From: a virus
IMG/VR virus record: IMGVR_UViG_3300009497_000001
Strand: one strand, 5' to 3'
Length of the DNA: 64,000 bases
The number at the start of each line of letters is the position of its first letter. Positions within the stretch are counted from its first letter, which is position 1. This document shows, piece after piece, positions 1-12,000 of the stretch. The position numbers were made by a program, and so were the translations under genes. Below the pieces are notes generated by a model. The model searched no databases and was not told where the DNA came from. It saw only the letters and a program-made list of their open reading frames with translations.

Positions 1-1
1 A

Positions 2-3000
2 ATGTTAAGAGTTGGCCCTGGTCAATATGCAAAGAAAAGCAAATACATGCTTAAGTCTATTCCACAAGAAATTAAGGCAGGATTTAAATTAGGTTCTTGG
101 AAAGGTGCTGCAAAAGCTACAGGCGGCATGATGTTTAGATATGGTGCTAGTGGTCTTGTTGAGGGTACACAAGAAGTATCTCAAGAAGCAATATCAGCTG
201 CAGTAGGAGGATACTATAGTGCAGCATTAAGAGAAACTACACAGGGAGGTGCTCTTACTATGTCTGGATTCTATGGTGCTGCTGGTAAAGAAATATTTAC
301 TAAGCAAGGATTAGAAACATTTGCATCTGGATTTTTAATTGGTGGTATGATGGGACCATATCAACAAGTCTTGTTTACAGGAGTACCTTCTATTTTTAGT
401 ACTGCACGTGCTAAAGTTTCTAATAGCAAATATTTTGATCCAAGCGGTGATAAACAAGTTGTTGATTATGCTAAACAACAAAGAGAAAAGGAAGAATCTG
501 TAATTGATGATGTAATATCTCAAGCTAATCAGATGGGCACACAGTTGGGGGAACTTGATTTACTATTAGACCCTGCTAAAATGAGTGCTGCATTGCAGGA
601 CCAAGAAGCAGGTATGGCAAACTTATCTATTGCTTTAAATGATAAGTATGATTATATGAATGGTAGAAACTTTTCACGTTTTTATAATTTATACGGTAAG
701 TATAAAAAGGGTACCATGGGTCTATATAGAGATATGGTTACTGATTTTTCTAAAATGTCTGATACTGAACTAGCTGAAGCATTTGACATAAAAGATTTTG
801 GTAGAAGTCCAGAAAAGTTAAGAGAAGAATTTATAGCTGAGTTAGGTAGGATAAATGAATTTGGTGAAAGGATAGCATCAAAGTCAACAGATGAAATGTT
901 TGAACAAAAGAAAATTGATGTATCAGAGTATGATGAGTCAAGTAAAGGGTATAGAGATGCTATGTTTCATAACAGAGCTGTTGATCAAGCAAAGATGTTA
1001 TATATATTTTCTAAAGAATCATTTATAGATGCAGTAAAAAGACAAGCTGATATAGAACAGTCCTTTGAGAATGAGCCTATTTTTACAAAGCAAAAGTATG
1101 GAGATGTAAGAGTTCTTGTTAATGCAGAAAGCATTGATACAGAAATAAAAATGCTTACCAGAGAAATTAAAGCTAAAGAAGATGCTGGTACACCAGCCTC
1201 TGAACTTAAGAAAGATAAAAGAAAGTTAAAAGATTTAAAAAGATATTATGCTGTTTTAACTGACCCTAAAAATCTAACTAAGAAAGGTTTCTTTAATAGA
1301 GCAAAAACAAAAACAATAAAGAGTGCTTTACAAACTTATTTAAATGGTATTGCAGGTGATAAGTCTGATTATGTTAATCCAGAAGTAGTTGATACTTTAT
1401 TACAAAAATTAATTGATCATCAGGCACTACAAGAAGATGCTTTTGCATTTTCTCAAACAGTTAACATTATGGCAAACCCAGAAGTTACTGCTGAGATTGT
1501 TCAAAGAAATGTAGAGTACTTTGAATATTTATTTAAGAATAGAAAAGAAATATATAGACATCAAACAGAACAATACTTAGAGGCAGATAAAAAAAATAAG
1601 TTAATAAATGCCATAGCTCAGTATGATGTTTACATGAAGCCTGAACTAATTAGAGATTTTTTATCTGGTGAAATAGGCGTTGAGGGTTTATATGAAGGTT
1701 TAAATAGAGGTGAGTTTAGTATTGATGGTAGAGCTCTTGGTGGTGCTATACAGTTAAATGAAGATCAAGAAATACAGAAAAAGATAATTGCTGAAATATT
1801 AAATTATAAACTCTTAACAGAAAGAGAACAAGATGTTAGAGACCTTAAATCTAATGAAAGCACTCAGCAACAAATAGATGTTGAAGAAACTTTACAGGAT
1901 GCAGGCATAGATGATATACAAATAGGAGATACTACAAGATCACCTATGTTAAAGAATATACTTGAAACAGAGTACCGTAAATATAAAGAATCTGCATTTA
2001 CTAAAGATGCAAAAGAATTTGCAGATTGGAGAGTTTCAGATGATGGTAAAAGAATTAAAACCGCATATGATGCATTAAAAAGAGTATGGGGTAAAGGATA
2101 TGATATTTTTGTAACAGAAAATGGTCAACAAGTATCACGTAGAAGAGTACCAACTCAGAAAGATTTAAATACAGAAAAAGGATTTCAAGATTATTTAAAT
2201 AGTAAAGTAGCATTAGAAGATCCAACAGTTGTAGATATACTTAATGCATTAGACCTAACAATGGATATATTTACTACTGAAAATAGTCAAACTGTATCTA
2301 AATCAAAACCCCCTGTAGCAGAAGGTGTAATGTTTGACATTACAGAAGTAGTAACTGATGGTGGGTCATTTTATAAGATTATAGATAAACAAGGAGGTAG
2401 CTTATCACAAGTTCAGTTAGATATTATATCAACAGATATAAGAGAGACAGGTACTTTTACAGATCTATCTAAAGCTAAAAGATTATTGGATATACTTGAT
2501 AGAGAAATATCTGATGGTTCTACGTTTATGTTTGATGGACAAGCTGTGTCAAAAGGCATGTCTATATATGATAAAAACACAGGTGAAGAATTTAGAATAA
2601 ATAGTACAGCTAATAAGGGAGGTATGATTAGTATTGTTCCTTCTGAGTTTTATACTAATGACTATAAGACAAGATACAACAATAGTAAACCTGTAAGTGA
2701 ATTAGATTTCTTTGTTAATTATGAATTAGAAAAATTATCTTTTGATACTTTGCCAACTAATACATACAAGTTATACTCTGATAGAGTAACCAAAGCATAT
2801 ACTCCTTTATCACCAGAAGCTTATAAGTTTCTTCTTAATTCATTGACACCTGCTGATTTCCAAAATTTAATTGTGGACATTCAAGAGAATGAAATGATAA
2901 ATGAGCCTATAAAGGATAATAGATTTTATGGTAATGATGAAAGTAAGGCTAACCCATATATTAAAAAACAAAGAGAGAGATATACTATTGCTCTTAAGTT

Positions 3001-6000
3001 AAGTAAAGATCAGACTGTAGATTTTAATAAAATGCTAACAGACAACAAGCTACCTATAATAGAAGGCAGGCTTGTAAATGAAAGGGGTGAAGGTACTATT
3101 GCTTTCTTACCTAATGATTCTTTATATTTTGTTGATGCTAAAGGTAAGGTTGTTGTTCCATCAGCTATGACAACTGATTTTGCTAAAAACATAATTATAC
3201 CTTCAAGCAACAATCAAGGTATGCAATCTGCATTAGATCAAGTTAGTAATGATTATGATACACAGGCAGTTCTAGTTTCATTTGCTAATGATATGATATC
3301 TAAGGATCAGACTGTAGGTACTTTATCAGAAGGGTTAAAGATAACAAGAAGTGATGGTATACCTGCTTATAAAAAAGGAACTAACCCAGAAATTTCATTA
3401 AGTCAATTATCTCAAAGTACTACTACAGATGGTGCTATAATTATCTATGATATAAAAAGAGATTCTGCTGGTAATATGGTAGGTGATGAACCTACAATTA
3501 TATCTAATTTAAAATCTGATGCTAAAACTGAATTGGCAGATAGAATAGAAAATAATCTTAAAGATGCAGGTCTTTGGAATAAAATGATAAGCGGTGATAA
3601 GACTGGTCCAAATGGAGGTTATACTGATAGATATATAATGCCTATTGAACAGCCTAACGGATTAATGACATTAGCAACTGCAAAAGCAATTAGAGTAGAA
3701 GAAGATACTGTAATTAAAATGTTTAATGATTTATTGCAGCAAGCAAGTGTTGCTAATAAAGATAACATGACTACTAAGAATGGTAAGAAAGTTATTAAAG
3801 ACAAAGGTTTTAATGATGAGTTTAAATTACAATTTATTAAAGATTATGGTGAGTTCTTTATTAGTGGGCCAAAAGGAGTAAATGTAACTATAGATGTTGC
3901 ACCTGATGGGGCATTAAGAGCAGATCTATTTAATAAGTATACAGGTAAAAAAGGCAAAGTATATTATAATGCAGCTGATCAACAAAAGCAAGGAACTACA
4001 ATACAGCATTTGGAAAGATTTTCTGAAAAGATTATTAGTGATCCAAAAGGAAATGAGGTTGGTGTAGAGACTTTAAGTATCAACAACTTTAGAAAGTCAA
4101 TACCATTAGATGCTTCTATAGACATGTTAATGCAAGACTTAGTTACCAAGCTAGGTCCAGAAATTAGAACAGGTCAGTTTATTAATGTTGAGGCAAGTGC
4201 TAGTGCTATCCAAGCTACAAAAGATAAAGGTATATTCTTAGCTAGACCTAGAACAGAACTTGAGCCAGATAAATTAAAAAGAGTAGAAGATACTGAAGAA
4301 AGAAGAGAGGATCCTGCTAGAGCAAGAGCTAGAGCAATTACTAATCTTGGTGATAAGATAAGTCAAGAAAATGTTGAAAAAGCATTTGACAAGTCTGAAG
4401 ATGATACTATATCTAGTGAAGCATTTTTAGAATTTACTAATAATGGTGTAGTAGAAATTAAAGTAATACAATCTATTGCTGATAAAATTAAAACAGGTCA
4501 ACAACTTTCACAAAGAGAGAGGGCAATACGTCAAGCCAAGAGTCAAGAGATTGAAGATATATTAAAAGTTACAGTTACTAAAGATCAAAAAAATGATATT
4601 GACCTTACTCTAATTGCACAAACTCCTATAGATGCAATAAATAATCAGATAGCTGAAAGAGAATTAGAGATATCTGAACAAGTAGGTGAAAAGAAAAAGG
4701 TAAGAGCATTAAGAAAAGATAAAATATATCAAGACTTATTAAAGCAAAGAGAGGACCTGATTGGTCCAGCTAATAAAATTTTATCTCCTAGGTTATCCAA
4801 AAGAGATGTAGAAGACATCAATATATTTACTGAGTGGGCTAAAACAAACTTGCCTTCATTTATTAATATAGCTGATATTGAATCACTAGGTAATAATATG
4901 AAAGCTGGTGGAGTTAGAGTTGGAGCATTTGCTTTAGATCTATCTTCTGTAAGTGGGGGGTTAAGAGCAAGCGGTACATTATATACTGGAGCATCTAATC
5001 CTTTTAGATATCATGAAGCTTTTCATGGTGTATATAGGATGCTACTTACACCACAAGAACAAAAAAGTTTATTGTCTTTTGCTAAAAAACAAAAGAGAGA
5101 ATCACTTAGGTCAGAAGGCAAATCAATTTCAACTGAACTAAAAAAGTTCAGAAACTCTGCAGACACTTATGCTAATATGTCTGATATAGAATTAGAAAAC
5201 AGATACTATGAAGAGTACATGGCGGATCAGTTTGAAATATTTAAAACTAATCCTAAAGAAACAAAAATAGATGCAGAAGTTAAATCATTCTTTACAAGAA
5301 TAATAGAATGGTTTAAATCATTATTTAGTACATACAATAAAAATAAACTGCAAACATTGTTTGAGAATATTGATTCTGCCAAATATGCACAAGCATCAGT
5401 AGTTGCTAATGATTTTACATTAGACCCAAGCCCACAAGTAATTATAGCTAATGCTATATTACCATACGAAGGTTTGCAAGTTAATGGTAGTAAAGGTTAT
5501 TTATATCTAGATAGTAACATTGCTAATAATTTAATTAGTAGTATGGCTGCTAGTTATGTTAGTAGAAAAACTGAAAACATAGATCCAGAAATAAGTAATG
5601 CAGATATATTTGAAGATGTACTAGAAGATTTTGCTTGGTTATATAACGTAACAAACCCAATTAATAGTAAGTATAATTCTTCTCAAGAAGCTTCTAATAT
5701 AGCGGCCATTGAGCAACTTGAAAGAATACATGATGCACTTACATTTAATGCATCAGAAAAGATTGAAGATAGCCCAGTATACAAATCTGTATTTGAAGTT
5801 TTACAACTTATAGATGTACAACAACAAATCATTGATAACAATATTGATGAGTATGAAAACAATGAAGGATTAAGAAATGTAACTCAGTTTGGTAAAGAAG
5901 CATATATGAGTGGAGGGCTGGCATCTTTACCAACATATATAAGACAATACCTTTCTACTATAACAATGCCATATACAGATGCATTTGGTAATGAGCAATT

Positions 6001-9000
6001 AGAAAGTGGTGAAAAATTAGTTATACCAATAAACTCTTTTAAAACTTACAATGGTATAATCAAATCTGTTAAGAATGAGACAGATCCTCTAAAGATATTA
6101 CAACGCATGTATACATTTAGTGGTAATAACCCTAATACTAAAGCTGCAGTAGAAAGCATATTTAATGATATAGGAATAAATTATCATGATGTATCTGAGA
6201 TATCTGATATACAACTGCCTCAGGAAATCAAAAATCCTTTGTTGTTTAATCAAATTACAAAAGGATTTACTAACTATAAAGTAAATTGGATATTCTTACA
6301 ACAAGACAATACCAATGAAGTAATATCTTTTTCAGCGGCTGAGAGAGATGACACACATACTCAAAATGAACTATGGGGTCAAGCTTATACAACTAAGTCT
6401 TTAGATTGGAAAATAAATAAAGAAAAGAAAAAAGCTGCTACAAGATCAGTTAATGCTATTTATGATGAGTTAATTCAACCAGAAGGGTATGAGGATGTTC
6501 CTTTAGATAACATATCTAAAAAATTAGCACAAGATTTATTTGAAGGTGTGGGCATTAAGTTAAGTCCGTTGTATGTTAAGTATAGTATATTGTCTGCCTC
6601 AAATCAAACAGAAACTAGCAATCAAGAATCTATACTTCAATTCAATAATGAAGTAAAGCCTATTCTAGCAGCTGATATGTTTTGGCTACAAGATATTATT
6701 AAAGAGAATGGAGATTTATTTAATTCAGAAAATGAAGGGGCAATTTCAAGATTAAAAAAATTAGCTGTTAATAATGCATTGCTTGATGAGACAGTTGGTT
6801 TGTCAGTATTTAGAAATGTAAATGGTGATTTAGTCAATGCACATCAGAAGCCTACATTTCATTTAGAAAAAGTTTATAATTTAAATAAAGAGGCTGAGAT
6901 AAATAGATTAGAATCAGATAAATTTTTACAAAATAATTATCTATTAAATAGTGAAGAATTCTTAAGCATGTCAGAAGCTAACCAGCTACAAATTTTAAGG
7001 TTATCTGGTTTAAAAGAAGTTAAGACATTAGATAGAAGTGCTAATCTAGATTCATATCAAGATGGTGTTATAGGTACAACAGAGTATGGCAGTTTTACAC
7101 CTAAACAACTTACTACATCTATTATAAACAATTACTTGTTTGATTATAACTCTAGGAATAACACTTTAAAAACTAAAATGGATTCTGCTGCAGTAGCACC
7201 AATCTTAATTAGGATAATGGAATCTTCTAATACAAATGATCAAGTATTATTACCTGTTGTAAAAGCAGTAGATGAAGGGTTAAGAATATCTCCTGACTAC
7301 TTAGGTCATGTATCTGATTTTATAGAAAATGAGTATAATAGAATTGTCAGAGAAAATAGTGAGGAAGGAAATTTACCTTTTCAAGAAATTACTACTAAGA
7401 CAGGTGATGTAATACAGATCCCAAAAGCAATAGAAGGTTACAATGTTCCAGATCAGGATGGTTTGATGAGAATGAATCTTATGTTTAATGCAAAAGATTT
7501 AATCTCTCAAGAGCTAAAAGATTCACTAGAGATATCTGCTACACAAGAAAACCCACCTTCTTTTGATAAGGCAGTTAAAGAAGCTTTAGGTAGTCAGAGT
7601 ATAAACACAATAATAGAAACCCAGCTTGATAAAAAGTTTGAATCTTTTATGGAGATGGTAAACACTTTAGAAGTAGATAGTAAAATATCTAGACTTTTAG
7701 AGAAAGGTTTATTAGATGGAGTTGAAGGAGCTGTAGCACAACAAAATGCAAGAGCAGCATCTAGAAAACTTAACTTAACAGATAATAAAACTCATAACTT
7801 AAAACAAATATTTTTAAATGATTATTTAAATACTAAGTCATTAAATGAATTATTATTAGGTGATCAAGCTGTAATACTTGAAGATTCTATAAAGCAAATT
7901 AAAAGAGCTAAAGGACAGAATGCTGCTGGAGATAGTATATATTCTCCTGTATCTAATCCTGAATTTGGTGTATTTGAAAGTACTGAAAATATAAATGCTA
8001 TAATTTTAAATGAGCCAACAATATTTTCTGAGTTTAATGGTGAATCAATAGATAATGCAGATGCACAAGTATTTACAACAGTTAAGTTTCATAGACATGC
8101 ACAATCATCACTAGGAAATTTAACAAAAGCTGGAGCACTAGCATTGGACAAAATTGAGGATGGCACACCTCTTACTGCAGAAGATTTATATGGACCTCAA
8201 GGTTTAGCTAAAACTAATCAAATGTTAAACTCTAAGAAGTATGTTTACTTTGATGGTAAGACTTATATAAAGTTTTCTGCTATTGCTTTAACGGAAGATC
8301 TTACAAAAAATAATCCTGATCTGAATAGGTTAAGATTAAACATGGAAGCAATGGAAAGAAACTTAGGTGATATTACTTTTGCCGGACCAAAGAGTGCTTT
8401 TAAAATGTTAAAGACTAATGTGCAATCATTTGGAAATGATATAATAGAACCATCAATACAATTAGATGCAAGGTATTTTAGAGAGCAAGTAAAAACAAAA
8501 ACCAATAAAGATATAATAACTGAGCAATCTCAGATAAAAGCTTTGGCTACATCTGAACAAATAGATAGCACACCTGTACAAATAAAAGGAATGCCTAATG
8601 TTAAAGATATTGGTGATGTAAGAAGGTTGTATAATAAAACGTTAAGTAAAAGAATTGCACTAAAGTTTAAAGACAAAAGAAATCTTATATATACTTTTGA
8701 AGGTTTAATGTCTGAGTTTTCATTAGGCAAGCAAAAAAATACTATTACACCCAATCTACAAGTCTTTTTAAAGTATGCAATAAACTCATTAAAAGCATCT
8801 AAAGCTAGCACGAATCTTATGGAGTTTTTTACTGTTGATCCTACAACTGGTGAAGTAAAATACAATATAAACAATCCTATTAGTATTGCTAAGGCTGAAC
8901 AGTTATTTATGAGTTACTTTAGTCAAGGTGTATTTCAAGAGAAGATACCTGGTCACGGTTTAGCTTTAGTATCAGACAAAGGTTTTACTGTACTTAGACG

Positions 9001-12000
9001 TGTCTTTAGTATGGAGGATAACGGCAGGTTAGGTAGAAATGAAGTTATAAGAGGTGGTGTACCAGAAGGTGAAACTGTTTTAAATCTTGAAGTAAATAAC
9101 TTAGGTGCTGACTTTAAGTTTCCATCTAATGGAAAAGGAATTTTAGTAAGAGATAGATTAAGGTATCAACTAGCTGAGTATGATCAGAATGGAAAACGCA
9201 CTGGACAATATTATAGTGAAGGAGTTTTTGCTGCACATAGTGCTGATATATATAATCAATTACAAAGAAAACCTAATGTTGCTATACCAGATTCTATAGG
9301 TAAAATGTTTGCTGTACGTATACCTTCACAAGATAATCATTCTTCTATGAATGTAAAGCTTGTAGATTTTATGCCTGCATACTATGGGTCTTCTGCAATG
9401 TTTGCCTCTGAACTTGTTCAGATATCAGGAGCAGATTTTGATATAGATACAGCATATGTGCAAATAAAAGAATCTTATTATGATAAGAATGATAATACTT
9501 TTTATGCTTATGGTAAGACGCCAGGTAGAGAATATACAGATTATGTAAGATATATAAATCAAGCTGTAAATAAGGATACAATATATTCACAGGCTGCTGC
9601 TTCTTTTACTGATCAAGGAAGTAAGTTAGAAGATTCATTTACTGATGCAGAGCTTATAGATTCTGATTTTTCAGATAGAGCAATAAAGGCTGCCTCAAGG
9701 TTAGGACTTCCAATTACAAGATCACAGTATAACGATTATGTAAAGAAAAATGATGAGCCATATCAAGCACCTTTAAACAATGATGTTTTAGATTATAAGT
9801 ATGCGTTAATGGGTAATGAGGCTGTAAAAGAGATATCAGTTACACCAGCTTCTTTGACTGCTATAGAAGAAGCTTATGAAGAATTAAAGAAGGTTGCACC
9901 AGATTATGTTGCTAGATTAGATAATGAAAATATTGATGTTGATAGTATTACAGGTAAGATAGTATCTTTTGAAGTAAACAAAGGAGCTGCTATTGGTAAA
10001 GCTGTATCACCAAACCTATACTTAAGTTTATTAGGTGAGTATAAAATTAATGTAGGAGGCTCAATTGTTAAAACAAAAGGAGGATACATACAGAGCAGCT
10101 TAGCATTTAATTTAAGAGGGCAAACATATGATAGTTTTGGTACAAAGCTAAACACTTATGGCAAAAGAATTCAAGATGAGATATCTTCTATAATAACAAT
10201 GCTTACAGATAACTCAAAAGAAAACTATGTTGCTAAATTAGGAATGCATCCATCAGCAGTTGGTCTTGCAGTAAATGCAGTTTCCTTAGGTGTACCTTTA
10301 ACTGATGCTGTTTTATTACTGAATGGTAAATTAGTTAGGGACTTATTTGCTGAAGCTAATAACAAAGTAGATAAGTTTGATGCAAGCTTTACATCATTAG
10401 TAAAACAACAACTTAAAGGTTTAAAGAAAGTTAACGCTGGTCCACAGGTTGGATTAGAAACAATAGAAAAAGCTGTAAGAGGAGAAGAACTTACTAAACA
10501 AGAACAAAAATCTATATTGCTTGTTATAAACAATTTAAATTCTATATCAAGTTTTACTGGTAAAATGGCTTCTATAACTTCTATGTCTGGCCGTGGTATT
10601 GGATCTAACTTTAGTGATATACAAAAAAGAGTTGATGACTTTAGAGACATAGGTGTATTACCAGGTACGCAAGAACCAATGATGGATATTAGCCCAATAC
10701 TAGAAAATAGTTGGGTTAAATCAAATATAGATGTATTTAATCAAATTGCTTTTAATTTAATTCCTGCTACATTTATTTCAGGTACTCCAGCATTTAATGA
10801 AATATATAAAAAGATTTCTAGAAATTTAAGCACTAACAAAAAAACGTTTACTGTATTAGATCAACAGAAAGTAAAAAGAGATATGCTTTCTTTCTTTACT
10901 ATACAAGCTTATAGACAAAAGACTAAGGAGTCTGAAGTAAAAGATGGTGCAACACTTACAAACCAATTACTATACCCTAATGAATTTGAGAATTCAATAT
11001 TTGATGCAGTTAATAGATTGAGTCAAGCAGATAAGGGGAACTTCTTTTTAGAAAGTTTTGTTACTATGGTACCCATGTTTGCAGAAACAAACATTACAGG
11101 TATGAATTTATTACAAGCTAACACATGGAGAGGATTAGATAAAGAACAAAAAGTTGATTTGCAAACATCATTTACTAAACTTTATGGCAACCCACTTTTA
11201 AGAAAAGATGCTATGACTATAGTTAACTATATAATGGTTAAAGATGGTTTACAGGCAGCTAAGGGAAGTTTGTTAGATGCTATTTCTCCATTTGTGATGG
11301 ATGAATACTTACAACAAATTAACAATGTTAATGATGTTTTTCTAACTAATAAAGGTTGGTTAGAAACATTTGGTGCTGAGCGTAATGACTTAGTTGATTA
11401 TTTTGAGAATGGTTATTTTAAATCTGCATCAACTAACTCAAAAGTTAAAACAATTACGGTTGGTGATCCTTTAGATATAAATTCACGTTACACATCAAAA
11501 GAAGGTAATGTAGTTTATACTATGGATAAAGATGGTGACCCAGATGCATTACCTAGATATATAAATTTTGCAGATGCAATAACCGGTTTTAGCCAGCTAT
11601 ATGTACTAGATAATATAGATAAGAAAAAAGCAAATTATAAACTAAGTCAAATGGAAGGTTCTTATTATCAAAATGGTATTGGGTTTATGTTTGGAGAAAG
11701 ACCTACTACTTTAGAGAATAGGGATAACATCAGGAATAAAGGTGAAATGAAAAGTGCTTACGGTGCAGAATCATTTGGTGCAATGACAGTAGAGCAAATG
11801 GCACCTCCTGTAAATTCACCACAAAATCAAGCATTAGCAAATGAAAATGCAACAATTGAAGCAACAGAAGATGAAATCAATTTTACAGCTGAAGATTCTC
11901 AAAAAGCCATTAATATTTCAGATACCGGTTTATTAGACTCTATATTAAAGTCAGATGAACAAGCAGAAGAAAATGTTGAAACTGAAGCAACAGGTATAGT

